From: Geosiphon pyriformis uo1 | Lineage: Eukaryota > Fungi > Glomeromycota | Assembly (NCBI GenBank): GCA_016748015.1 | Contig: JAAOMT010000061.1 | Coordinates: 268,433-332,432, forward strand | DNA: 64,000 nucleotides | Direction of reading: 5' to 3' | Part shown: positions 14,092 to 27,905 of the stretch, one piece after another | How the letters are laid out: the number at the start of each line of letters is the position of its first letter | Numbering within the stretch: position 1 is the stretch's first letter | Translations under genes and position numbers: made by a program | Notes under the pieces: model-generated | Seen by the model: the letters and a program-made list of their open reading frames with translations, nothing else | Database searches by the model: none | Told to the model about the DNA's origin: nothing

Positions 14092-14972
14092 TGTTACAGG
14101 TGATTTTTTGAGATATTAGAACAAATAATAAACTCATAACTTGGTATTTAATAGCTATTAATGTTAATAACTTCTGAAGGTTTTGAAGTTTGAAAATTTT
14201 TGTTGAGTTTTTGTATAATAAACAGAAATTTAATTAATGGTTTTTTTCTGTAATTTTTTTTTCAGCATAATGGCTGGTTTATTTTAATAATTGTGTTTTT
14301 CTAATAAGTTATTTTTAAGTTTTCTATTCTTGTTCCTGGGTTTTTTATTAAGCTATTCTTAATATTAATTACTCAATACTTAATCTCTTTAATTAATTAG
14401 TAAACAACAAAAAAAATAAAACAAAAAAAAATAAAAAAATAAAATAAAAAATTAGTATCCTATTAATAGTCATAATTAAGAACTATTGGTTTGGTGTAAT
14501 TAAGTATTGGCTTTTATCAACATAAAGTGTTAATAGTGTAAAATTGATTAATATTTTTTAATTAAATAATAATAACATAAATTAGATAATAATAAATAAG
14601 TTTTATTAATATTAGTATAATTCTATTTTAAGTTATAAAAAACTATTTTTTGAAGGGAAAAATATTATTGTTTTAAACTAATCTGTCTTTTTTGTTTTTA
14701 ATATTCTTACTATATATATATAATTTTTGTTATATAAAATCTTACATATTCTTGAGCAATATGCCATGATTTTTTTGATAATATGCTTATTGCTAAGCAA
14801 TATATTATAATTTTCTAACAGTGTGCTCATTGTTAAACAATATACTATAATTTTTTGACAATGTGCTTATTGTTGACAATATGCTTATTTGTTAAATACT
14901 ATTTTCTTATTAACCTATTTTTATTATCTGTTTTTTCTACTTATTTCTTGTACTCTTTTTCTATGAGTAATA
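14092..14972 (-). mobile_element. Solo LTR (881 bp) nested in the LINE 3' UTR
   Basis: The reverse complement starts TATTACTCATAG (cf. TGTTACTCATAA at 3404) and ends CACCTGTAACA; TSD ATAT/GTAT; same GCAAT-type tandem motifs as 3404-4282. Confidence 0.85.
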
Positions 14973-15559
14973 GTATATATATTGTATATTTCTAAATAGT
15001 AATTAGGTCACACTTATTAAACTTAATAAAAAAAATTAAGTTTATTTAATTTTATTAATTATAAAATACAAATTAATTGTTTATTAAAATATATTTTAGA
15101 ATAAAAATTATTGTTTTAAGTTTAATTAATTTTAATAATATTATTTTATTTATTTTAAGTTTAATTTTTTATAAATATTGTAAAATATGCAATAATTTTT
15201 GTAATTATATTGTTTTTATTCGAATTTTTAATTAATTTGTTAATATAAACAGTAATTTATTAAATATACAAGATTTTAATTGTTTTATATTTTAAAATTA
15301 ATAGTACTATTAAAATTTTTATGTATATAATTTTAAAATAATTTAAAACAACAATAAATAAAATATTTAACAAAATATATTTAATAACAATAAATGTGTA
15401 TTAATTAAATATTTTATTATTAAATTTTGATTTTTTTGATTTTTTAAACATATTTATTTTGCTTATTAAATTAATTAATTAAAATTATTTCGAATTTTTT
15501 AAATATCTATTATAAAACAATATTTGTTTTTAAAATATTTAACAATATTGTTAATGTTT

Positions 15560-16700
15560 AAAAAAAATAAACACAATCTATATATATCAAAACTAATACT
15601 AAAACTTTTATCTAAACTTAACAGTTTAATAACACTATCAAAAAACAGAAATAGTAAACCAAAAACATCAAAAATTAAAAAACTATTATATTAAATCAGA
15701 CTATTTTTCTTTAATAAAGCTTTGTATTTAGTACAGACCAATAAAATTTCATTATAATAAGTTATATTAAAACCATGCACAAAATCTATAAGTTTGTTAA
15801 CAAAAATTTTAGTATTACTAAATACAGTAAAAATTTTTAAATACTAATTCTTAAACACAAAGTTTTTAATCAAACAAGTATAAAATATACTGTTTAAATT
15901 ACATATTAAAAGCAATTAAAAAACATAAAACTTAGATTAACTAAGATTAAATATTAATTTTCATAATTTAACATAAAAATTTAGTAAATATTAATAAGTA
16001 ACAGAGTCTATTATATAAGTAAAAAAATAATTCAATAAATTAATTTTATTATAATATAAACACAAAATATTCAAACAGTTTTGATTAAAAAATACTTATA
16101 AATAATTACAAACAAATAATAATATAATACTTTTATAAAATAAATATGTAAACTTATAGTTTTATTATTTATAAATTCAATAATTATGTAAAAATTAAAG
16201 TATTAAATCAAAAAAAATTAAGACCAGTTAATATTTTTTAATACAAACTTATTTACAACAATAATACTAAGATCTGTTTCTTATTATACATAATAAATAA
16301 ATTAAAAAACATAATAAACAAAATAATAAATATTGCTAAAAATAATCTTATTAGTTTTAATATAATATTTACTAATATATACAAAAAGTATTCAATTCAA
16401 AAATACAATAACATAAACCAATATATTAGTTTTTTTTCTATCAGATCAAAGTGTTTTTTAATTTTAAATCAAACTATTTGAAAACTTTTATTATTAACAA
16501 ATTTTACAATATAATATTTTTTTAATTGATATTAATTATAAAAATTAAGACATATTAATTTTAATTTAAATAAGCATATATTAAATACTATTTAATTATT
16601 AGAAAAAATAATCAAGTTATTAAAAACAAAAACACATTTTAATATTAATATTAATACAATAATCTGAAATTTAGCAAATATTAACAAAAATAAACCAACA
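15560..16700 (-). mobile_element. Highly decayed LINE fragment (ORF2 C-terminal region)
   Basis: The reverse complement of 15600-15900 resembles the ORF2 C-terminus at 13660-13930 (KNFVFKN*Y motif). Boundaries approximate. Confidence 0.55.
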
Positions 16701-19700
16701 ATTTTTTTTTTATTAAGTTATTAATAAGTAAAGCCCAACTGCTATTTAGTACATAGAATTAAACTAAGTGGTTTAAATTAAATATGACTTATGTGCTTTC
16801 TATATATAGCTAGTTATTTAAATCAGACAAAACAACACTATATATTTATATAAATTTTTATATTACAAACCAAAAAAAAACAAATACAGTTTGTATCTAC
16901 CAAAACTAACAGCAAATACTTTAATTAACTCTAAAGGATAGATCATATTATCTGACAAACCAACTACTAAGCCAACAATTAAACCAGACTTTATTTTTTT
17001 ATTATCTACCAAACCTATTTTCTTTATATTTGCTTTAAATTTTGATTTAACAAACCAAATTTTTAAGCAATAAGATTTTATTAACTGCTTTATAAAAGCA
17101 ATTACAGTATCTAAAGCTTTTTTTTTGTTATTAAAAGGCATTACAGCTTTCAAATACCATTTTTTTAGCACAAATTTTTTACAAATTAAAGCATATAAAT
17201 TTATATTGCCCAAATATTTAAAGAGAGTTCTTAGCATAGTAGAAGAAAAAATACAAGTGCTTACTAAAAAATCTTAGATGTTAAAGAATTCAAACAAAAT
17301 TTTTTTATAAGCAATAATATTTTTAAAACAAGTAAAAACATGATCCAAAAATTCAACTTTTTTATACAACAGACAAAATACTCTAAAGTATTTTTTATTA
17401 TATAGTTTTTTTTTGACTGCTATAGAGAAACACTTATAAACAGTATTTATTAAATATGTATGCAAATTGGCAAACTTCTTACTTATAAAACCGAAAAGCA
17501 TATGCAAATTAAGATGCTATATTTTAACAGTAAACATCTAATCTATTTTTTAAATCAAATTATCTGAGACCATATTATGATCAGAACTATTTTTTTAATA
17601 AGCACAATATATAAATTTATATATATTACAAATGAAATAAAAAATATTACCAGAAACAGCTATATTTTTAACTACAATAAAATGTTCATAAATCTTACTT
17701 AACAGAAACAAAAAAGAAGTTACAGTTATACTTGCCATCTGATTTGCTTTAATATTGCTTAAAACACTTGAATAGTCTTTAATTTTAATCTACTTGATTA
17801 TAAAATTTTTGTTTTTTATCAAATTAATAATATGTTTTCTTTTTATCCAACATTGATTACAAAAATTTAGTGTGTTAAATCCAGTTTTAGATATACATAT
17901 ATTAATAACAACTTGGCTATTCAGATGCAAAGCCATTGTGTAAAAAAACACAACACACTTTAAAAACAAAGCAACAGCTTGTAATTTGGCCATTGTAAAT
18001 AACAAAAGACCATGTATTTTAATATTAACTCTCATATTTAATACTAAAAAATATGCTACAGCCATACAAGCTATCTTTTCAGAACCCAAATTTTTTAATA
18101 ATCTATCAATGTATATTTCAATGACATCTGTTCAAACCTTATATAAATATTTATAGATATTAGAAAACTTATTGGATTTTAAAATGCTTAATCTGTTTGA
18201 TCTATTAGTATAATTACAATCAACTATTAAAAAGCTTTATTACAAAAAAAACTTTGAAGCTAACTTTAACCAAAATAACACAAAGCTCTTAAGATTTAAT
18301 TTTTTCTAATAATAAAATGTTTTTCAATTATATTATTAATAAAGCATCAACATACAGCTCCAAAATTAAAACAGAAAATTTATTTTTAAACAGCAGTTTA
18401 ATAAACAAAAACCAGCCAACAATTTCAAAAATTCTGTATATATGTCTTATTAGCACAATGTTTATAATAATTGTGATATCAGAATTCAAGTAACCAAAAT
18501 CCAAATCAGAAGTAAATACATAAATACCATTAAATTTGTTGATAATTTATAAATGAATTTTTTTTTTCAATTTTATTTTAATAATTATAGAAACCAAATT
18601 ATTTATATTTTTATGTCAATGAATAATATCTGTTTGCTTGGCAGGATTTTTTATATTCCTAATATTATATGTAACAATTTTTCAAATAAGATCAGTTATT
18701 GTTAAAAAAAAATGTATGAACTTAAACTCTTATTGTTTATCTTGGCCATTAAGTCCATAATTATAATTAATAAATTGTTTATTTTTACTTTAAACTTTGT
18801 AATAATTGACTAATCTAAATACTTTAATAACAGTTTTATTACTAATAATTATATCTGAATTTTTACTCATTATTGTATTTATTTTTTGATTTGTAATAAA
18901 AAAATTACCAAAAATTGACATCCAAAGCTAGACTAAAAAATTATTGGTCTAAATATATTTAATTTTTTAGCCAACTTATTAACTTGCTTTCAAAAGTAAC
19001 AAACTTATTATTTACTTCTAAAAAAACCAGCAAAGAAAGTTTAGTATTTAAAAATAAACCAGTACCAAAAAAGACCAAAAACACTATATAAAAAGTGAAA
19101 TCATTAGCAATTTAAGCCCAAATCTTTCTATTAAATAAAACTGAATAAACAATTAATATTTGTTTTTTTTATATATATTTACCAAACAAATTTAATTCTA
19201 AAAATTAATCATTTTTTTATTATAACCACCTAAATTTTTATTTATTAAACATATACTAAAAACATAGTTTAAATGTTTGCATTAAGCACAACAGGCCAAA
19301 AAAAGACCAGTTCAATGCAAATTCACACTTTTGAAAATCAAAACAAAATTAATAACAGCTTTTTTTGATGTTTTATCAGTAAAACAAATAATAACACATC
19401 TGTTATATACATAAAAACTTGAATTATGACCAATAAAACAAGTTTTCTTACCATAAAACACCAATAAATCAGAAAAATTATAAGCAATTGTTCTAATTGG
19501 TAAAGTATAAAATAGAGTTCAATAATAATTTCTAATTACTTATATTTGTTTATTATTAATAGTTAATACTATACACATAGAATTTTTATCTATAAGCACT
19601 AAATATTTAAACACAATCAAACCAATAATTTTAGATGATTTAAATTCAACCAGAATCTTTTGCCAAAGACTAATAAGCTGTATTTTAATTAATATAATTT

Positions 19701-20620
19701 TATCAAACTTAGAAAAACCTGACTTTATAGTTGATTTAAAAAAATCTATTGAAATTTTTTTGATAATTACTTCTTAATTTATATAGCTATTTATCTTTTA
19801 ATATTATTATTGATCAGAATTTTCTTATAAATTGCCATTTTTTTAGCTTTTTTTAAGCTTAATTTAAATATAAAAGATAATTTAATAATTTTTGAAAATT
19901 TTGAAAAAGTAGATGTTTTCCAAAACTATTTACACAATAAAAATTTTTTTTACAGCCATTAAATTATTATTAGAAGTTTTTTTAAACACAACAAAAAGTT
20001 TAATATTTATGCAAAAGATTTTACAATATCAAAATTTTGTTTTTTCAAAACATATAACTTGACCAATAGCAACTGCTTAAAACCAATAAACTTAGAAGAT
20101 AAAAGCATCAAAACATTATTATTATTATTCAAATTATTAAAAAAAGATGCTTTTGGTAAGTACTTTAATACATATGTCTAAATATAAGTCTTTTTTGATA
20201 TAGTTTTGTTCATATTCTTGTCATCTACAGAAATATTTAAATTTACATAACTGATTTTTTCTGCAATTGTGTTTTTTATATTTTTTATATTTAAAAAACT
20301 GTTAATACTATTTGTTATGCTATTAGCTTTGCTCTTCTAAAACATCACAAATTTAATATTAGAGCTTATAATATCTTTCAGATTCAAAAAATCAGCAGAC
20401 AAATTAACTATGTTACTATTAATTTTAGGTTTTTTTAGCTTTTTATAAGATATATTATAAGAATAAACACTCTTTAAATATTTATTTAGTGCTTGAATAA
20501 GTTTTCAAACCAGCCAAACCAAAACCAAAACCACTAATAGACAAGCTTACTGATTTTATTACAACAAAAAAAGATGTATTAAAAGAAATAACAAAAAAAA
20601 ATAAAAATAAAAAATAAAAA
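16700..20620 (-). mobile_element. Internally deleted LINE (ORF1, APE N-terminus, RNase H, C-terminus, 3' UTR; RT missing)
   Basis: On the minus strand: ORF1 remnant (20600-18720); APE start I*KIVTYNIRNIKNPAKQ (~18690); jump at ~18335 to the pre-RNase H region; RNase H ORF 18089-17790; C-terminal CLLY...DHVFTC (17507-17274); 3' UTR 16860-16720 homologous to the other LINE tails. Confidence 0.85.
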
Positions 20621-20799
20621 AAGTTATTTTTTTAGTAACTCTATACTTTTATTATAACTTGAGAATAAATATGAGAAAAAATTTTTTAAATTAAAAAATA
20701 TCTTAAATTTAAAATAACATTAATAATTAAAAGTTTTTTATTAAATATTATTTTTTTAATATATTAATTTTTATAATAATAATATTTAAATTAACTTAA

Positions 20800-23700
20800 A
20801 AGTTAAATATAATAATAATATATTTTAACTATTAAATAAAATTAAAAATCAAAAAATAAAATAAATATGACTTATGTTTTTTTATATATAATTAGTTATT
20901 TAAGTTAATTAAAACAATATTACAAATTTAAAATATAAAAAACATAAATATTATTACAAAAACCAAAAAAAATCAAAGCTAAAAGAATAATAAAACCAAA
21001 ATTGATTAAAATATTATAATTAAAACTAAATATGTAAATATTTACAATAAAGTTATTTAACAATAAATTACTAAATAATTAATATATTTAATATATTATT
21101 AATTAATAATTTTTAGATTTTATAAAATATTAATAATTTAATATTAGATAATCAAATATTTAATTTGTATTAAGTAATCATATTATAAATAAAGATAAAA
21201 ATACTTATAATAGCTTTTAAAACATTAATAAATATTTTAATTGTCTTTAAAAATAAATTATTTAATACAAAATTTTTAATAATAATTATACATAAGTTTT
21301 TATTATTAATTATATTATATAATAATTAAAAAATCCAAAAATTTACAATTAAATAACCAAAAATAATTATTTATTTATTAAAATATAGAAACAATATTTT
21401 TTTTAATAGTATAATAAAAATATACAAAAAGATATAATCTAAATTTATTAATAATTTATATTATAAATAAATAATATTTAGATATAAAAAGTTATATAAT
21501 TTTTTTTAAAAACAGTTAGTAATTGTTTATATAGTGTTTTTATAAAATATATTTAAAAAACAACAGAAGCTAAATTTATTAAATTAAAATTTATATGTTT
21601 ATTTATATGTTAAAACAAATTAAAAACTTTAAATTAAAATTATAAATTAATAATTTGTTTAAAACTACTTAGTATACTTAACTTTTTAATTAAAAAAATC
21701 AACAAAATTAAATTTAATAAAACAAATATTTAACTTATATATTTAAAGCAAGCTAATTATTAAAATACATAAAAACCAAATTTTAAACAGGAATATAATC
21801 TAATACTAAAACAACTGTTTGCAATTTGGCCAATATAAGTGAAAAAACAAATATAATTATGTATTTAAAAAATCAAATTATTAATTTTAAAAGCAATATA
21901 ATTAAAAAAATATAAATATTGTTTTTTTAAAAAAATTAATTAATAATTTAAAACAATATTTAAAAATATATAAAACTTAAAATACACAATATTAAATTGT
22001 TACCAACTGGCAAACTTTAACTTAAAACCAAAAACTTTATTAAAAATACTTATAATATTTTTAATATTATTTATAATAGTTTTAAAAAAAACATTACAAA
22101 AAACAATAACAGATATTTTTATAATTTTAAGAGTAATAAAAAAGTAATTTAACAAGCTTAATTTGTATAATAGCTTTAAAAAACTTAAAAAACAAATTTT
22201 ATACAAAAAAGTTAGACATTGTTTTTAATACTTAATTTATATTAAAAATATTATATAAAATTTAAAATACAGTCTTAATATAAATTATTTTAATTTTAAC
22301 AGTTTTATTAAACATTAAAATAAAGATTATTTATCCAAAAAATCTTAAAAATTAATAAAAATTTTTCAAATATTATTAAAATTAACAGTATTTTTAACAA
22401 ACAAAAAAGAAAAAATATTTTGATTTTTGTTTAATCAGTTTAATTTTTAAGATCAAATAATTCAATAAGTTAATTAATTAAAATTATATGTAAAAATATA
22501 ACTTAATTTATATTTAAAATTAACAATAATTATTCAAAATTTAATATATTAATCAATTTAATTCTATATTAATTAAAATCAGTTTTAATAAACGTGTTGC
22601 TATTATTATTATCTAAATTAAAAAAAAAGATTATTGTTTATAGCCAAATTTAGATTAAATATTATAATTAGTACAGCTGCTATAAAATTAATATAAATAC
22701 CAAAAAAACAAATAAAATAATTTGCTTTGGTATTTTAAAAAGAAAAAAGATTTTTTTTTGGTTTTTTGGTCTTTTTAGTATTTAAGCAGATATAAAAAAA
22801 GTTGTAATAAAAAATAGCAGTTTGATTACTGATCTGTTATTAAAGATCTTAAAGCTTTTTATAATAGTAATAAATAATTTGCCAAATACTTTGCTTAAAA
22901 CAAATATAAATACAGAATTTAACACCTAAAAAAATTATTTATAAAATTTTAAACAGCAAAAAAACATTTACACAAACAATAAAGTTTTATTTAATTTATT
23001 AAAGTTATTATATTAAAAAACAAAAATAATATAAAAAATATTATTATATACTTATTGGTTTACTTTAAAGAAAATATAGAAAAATTTACAATATTCGTTA
23101 AAAAAACCACCAAATTAAAAAAAAACTTGTATTTAATATCTATTAACCAATTTTTTAAATAAATTGAATAATTTTTTAAAAATTATTATATTATATTGTT
23201 TAATAATCCATTATTTACAGACATAAAACTCAATTTATTTTGTAATAGATGAAGCTTATACTTTGTTTATATGTAACTATTTATTGAGGCCAATTAAAAC
23301 AATACTATTCTTTTATATATAAAGAAACCAATTCCAAATTACTCATTTTATTAACAAAATAATTCAAATTTACTTATTTAAAGCCTGGTTATTTTAATCT
23401 TAAATTTAATATTAACGTCAAGTAGTTTTTAAAGAATAAGTATGTATTTAAATTAGTATTATTTATAACAAAATTTTTTATTGTCTATGTTATATTCAAA
23501 ACTTAATTTTTAGAATCTTGTGACGAATGACTAATATTTCTTTATTTTTCGAATTAATAATAAAATCCAAATAGCGCTTGCGAAATCTTTTTTCAATATC
23601 GTTAAATCCATAATGAATATCAGGCATTTACTTAATAAAATAAATTCTTTGGCTTCCACATATGTTTTTACAATTACAACAAAAAACTTGATTTAATTTT

Positions 23701-26700
23701 CATAGAAAAAGATTTAAGTTTTTATTTTTTATTAAGTTTATTTTTAGCAAAAAGCCAAAATTATTAAAGAGCCAATTGATTCAATTATAGATTTTATTAA
23801 TTAAATAAGTTCTTGTAATCTAAATTTCAAAAGGATTAGTTTTAAATTAAAATTATTATTAAAACATAAAATAAGATACAATAAACTAAATAATAATTTT
23901 AGCATATAAAATTAATTAAATAATCAATTTAAAAATTTTTCATCACAATTAAAAATTTAAAACAATCTTAATAAACCAAAAAAAGTAATATTGTACTTTA
24001 ATGGAAATTTTAATACTTGTAACAATACATCAAAATATGTATTTTTTAAAATATCAGTTTTAATAATTGCAAAAATGAGATTTTTTAAATTTAAAATTAA
24101 AATACCATATTTTAATAGTAATTAAAATTAGATATTTGAAAATAAAACAAGTTTGATTATGTACTTAAACAATTATGTTATTAATTTTAAAAACTATATA
24201 GCCAAAAAAACAACCAACTTGGTTTTAAAAGTATTGTATAAAACAATTTTTTTTTTAATTTAGAGAAAAAATCTAAATACTATTTTTTATTATTAAAACT
24301 AATTCATAAACAAAAGAAATTTTAATTGACTTAAAAGTTTAATATATATAACAGAATATTATTATAAATTAATAAACTTGAATTTGATATTAAAAACTTT
24401 ATTTAAAACTTTAAATAACTTTTAATATTATTAAAATAATATTTAGAAAAAATATTATAAAAACAACAGCAGTTAAAAACAAAAACTATAAAAATTTTGC
24501 AATTTTAAAAATAAAAAAAAATCAACAATTTTAATTTTGATAATAATATTCAAAAAATTTTAGAATGTAATTTTATACAAAAAAATTTAAATAATCAGTT
24601 TAATACTAATAAAATCATATTTTTTAAATATAAGCTATTTTAATCTTAAAAAAAACATTAAGCATTAAAGTAAAGATTATAAAAAATTTTAAATACTATT
24701 AAAATTAACAGTATTTTAAAATTAGATAATATTATAGTAAAATTACATATTAAAATATTTCTTTTTTTGCTTTTACAATTAAAAATAATTAATTAAACCA
24801 ATTTTTTATTAATCAATACAACCAAATAATAATTTAAAACAAAATTAACAAATATGTTTTTTATTGTATTTTTTAGCTATAATTATAAAAATAAAAAAGT
24901 TATAATATTTAAATTTAAATATTTTATAAATTAAATAAAAATAAAAACTGTATTTAAAATAAAATTTTTAAGTTTTTTATTTTATTTTATTATTTATATA
25001 CAAACAATTTAAAAAAATTATACAAAAAATTAATTTATAAAACCAAATTTTATTTTTAGTTTTTTAATAAATAAATAAAACTTTTTTTTTGTAATTTTAT
25101 AATTATACTTAAAGCAAAGAGTAAAAAAGTTGCAATTTATATATTTTTTAAAGTAATTAATTGTATTTTTATTAGTAAAATATTTATAGTTATTAAAACT
25201 ATTTTGTAATAATATTTTTTTTAAATAAAATAATAATAAAATAGCTTTTTACTAATTTTAAAGCATTTTTTGGCTTTAAATAGAAGTTTTTTTTTCAAAG
25301 TCTTATTAAAATAATATATTTAAAATAATTTTTATATAGCTATTATTATATTAAAAAATCTTAAAATTTTTAATTATAAATTAATAATTAAGTTATTGTT
25401 TTTTTCTGCTGTTTTTTTTTGTTATTTAAATAATAATAAAAACCAAAACAACAAAAAACAAATTTTTTTTAAATTAGTTATTATTTTTTTGTAATATTAA
25501 AAACTCTGTTTTTTTAGTGTCTTTAATAGTATTTTAATTATATTAAAATTAATTTTTTTTTTATAAAAAACAAAGCTTTGGTTTTTTTATTAATTTTATA
25601 ACATTAATACTAATTATAATATTTAATTTTATATATTTATAAATAATAAATAATTGTCTGTTCTAAATAATAACAATAAAAACATGTTGATTTATTTTGA
25701 TTTGAATTAATTATTAATATTATTATTTAATATATTGAATTTTAACCAATTTTTGTTAATTTTAAAAGTAAAACAAATTATATTTTAATGTATAATTTAT
25801 TTATTAAATTACTTAATTTCAAAGATTAATCTAACCAGAATTTTTTTTCTGTTTTTTAATAATATTTAAAAAACAATTATTAATTATTAAAAATTTTTTA
25901 AATAAATAGTTTTTATTTTAATATTTAGTGTTTTTTTTAAAATTAGTTTTTAAGACAATATTAAATTATTTTATATAAAGTTTGTTTTAAATATTATTTA
26001 GCTAATTAAATTTATTAATTTTTTTTTATTTTTAAAATTATAAAATTTTCTGTAATTCTTGTATTTGGTTTTGTTTTTGTTGTTGTTTTTTATAATATTA
26101 TTTTTCAAGTTTTTATAAATAATATTAAAAATACTATATATATTTAATAAAATTTTTAGTATTAAATTAAAGAAATATTATTATTTTTAAAAAATTTTTA
26201 AAACCAAATTGGTAATTTTTTTTATTAAATTGGTTTAAGATTAATAATTTAAGTTTTTAAATATATAATTATATTTGTTTTATTTTTAGTTTTTTAATTT
26301 TGGTTAATAGTTATAATATATTATAATTATTTTAAATTTTTAAAAATATTTAGATATTACAATTGTTAAAATTAATATTTTAAAAAACTTTAATTGTTAA
26401 TATTAATATAAATATCAAAATTTAAACTATTTGTTTTTAATTACAAAATGTTTTTATATATATATTTTAGATTGTAATTGGTTTTAAAGTTTTTAAACTT
26501 ATTTTATTAACATAAAATTATATGTTAAGATTGCTGTTTTTTGTGTTTTTTTTGTTATTATTGTAATTGTTAATTTTTTTGTCATTTCTAAATTGGCATT
26601 TTTAGAATTTAAACTGGCCAAATTGGTTTTGTTTATAAAAATTTATTATTAAATTAATTTGTATTTTGTTTTTTTTTTAATTATAAAATTAATTAATGTT
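20800..26700. repeat. Extremely AT-rich (~85-90% AT) field of decayed retroelement fragments
   Basis: 20860-20925 matches the LINE 3' UTR at 16780-16850. Blocks 22300-22400 and 24650-24720 are direct homologues, and 25860-25930 is their reverse complement. Almost no CpG except at ~23500-23620. Confidence 0.6.
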
Positions 26701-26719
26701 TTTTTTAAATGTTAAAATA

Positions 26720-27590
26720 TTTTTTTTTTCTTTCTTTTAACGAGTGAAGTCCAAATACTACCTAGAACTATACATTATTTAAATGATCTAAACTAGGTAT
26801 GAATCATGCTTTTTCTACATGTGACCAGTCACTTAGACCAGTCAGAACAACACTATGTACTTATACCAACAGAAACTATGTCACTTATACCTGCAAAAAA
26901 TAAACAAGGCTTGCCATCAATCTTACTCCGCAAACTATCCATCACAACTCCAGAATTAGAGCCAACCTCCCAACATGTTCAATGAACAGACTGGAAAACA
27001 CCACAGACAAAACATCTTGAATTACTAGATATTGCAGTACCATCAGTCTTCAGAAAATGTTCACTGACTATATAGGGCAGCTGCCAAGAAGAAAAAACAG
27101 CATCTTTAGCAAGTGCATCAGCCCGCACATTGCCTAAGATACTCGAATAACCTTTAACTTTGATCCAATTCACATCCAAATTTTTCTGATGAATAATGTT
27201 AACAATATGGCAATGTTCAATCCAACACTGATTTTTGAAATCTGGACAAACCAACAGAGATTCAGACTTGCAAGCATCCAAAGCAGCCTGGTTGTCCGAA
27301 AACAAGTTAACTGAATGAAAAGAGGAGACACACTCAAGAGCCAAGGAGATGGTCTACAACTTTGCCATCATAGAAAAAACCATACCAGACATACTTACAT
27401 CCAAACCTGAATTAATGTCCTCAAAAAAAACAGCAGCACCAGCCTTTATATTATGAGTTCCTAAACCACTCAGAAACCCATCCATATACACAGAAAGGCA
27501 AGCTGCATCAACAACCAACAGATTGTTACAAACAATACCAAAACCACAAGATTAACAAACATCAAATAAGGCAGAACAAAGAGATCAAAC
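26720..27590 (-). mobile_element. Less-mutated, 5'-truncated LINE fragment: RNase H plus 3' UTR and A-tail
   Basis: Minus strand VYMDGFLSGLGTHNIKAGAAVFFED, then ORF 27344-26979 LFSDNQAALD...WIKVKGYSSILGNVRADALAK (RNase H). It joins directly to the terminal GKPCLFFAGISDIVSVGIST* and the 3' UTR; T-run at 26720-26738 on the + strand. Confidence 0.9.
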
Positions 27591-27699
27591 CATAATTAAA
27601 ATATGATATAAATAAAAATAAAAATATATTTAACATAAAAAATTCAGATTTGTTTATAAACAAAAAATTTTTGTAAAATTAATAATGCTTTAAAAGATT

Positions 27700-27905
27700 T
27701 AAGCTTTTAATATTAAAATAAAACTGTTATATAATTGGTTAGTTTAAGTTTATTTTTGTAAATTTAATGTAGTTTAGTTTAAATTAGATTTGTGTTTGAT
27801 TACATATAAAAAGTATGTAAATATTATTTATTTTAGAGCCTATTTTATGGTTATATTATAATAGATAGTAATTAGATTTTACATGTTAATAATAAATAAA
27901 TAAAG
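27700..27905 (+). mobile_element. Decayed LINE 3' end
   Basis: Similar to 60340-60495 and to the LINE 3' UTR consensus (TGATTACATATA...TAGATAGTAATTAGA...A-rich tail). Confidence 0.5.

Larger units (their letters stand above)
6480..15035 (+). mobile_element. Near full-length degenerate non-LTR retrotransposon (ORF1 + APE-RT-RNase H ORF2), interrupted by two solo LTRs
   Basis: ORF1 remnant ~6600-9340 with a split zinc knuckle at 7790/8655. APE N-terminus ICNIKKINN...IIETKL (~9390-9495). RT motifs DGKA (~10912), YDWNRILINT*SIALIE (~11074), NMYKAYN (~11292), GLDQSEVFSSLL (11461), TFMNNI (FVDD-like, ~11637). RNase H IYTD (~12735) and WIKIKNHANIVKNKHVN (~13060). C-terminal CLLC...YIFRC (~13475). 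The 3' UTR resumes after the LTR and ends in an A-tail at ~15027-15035. Confidence 0.92.

Noticed and set aside
605-22206. Short Lys/Ile/Asn/Phe-rich ORFs as host genes
   Set aside because: They are surviving fragments or antisense frames of the mutated retroelements.
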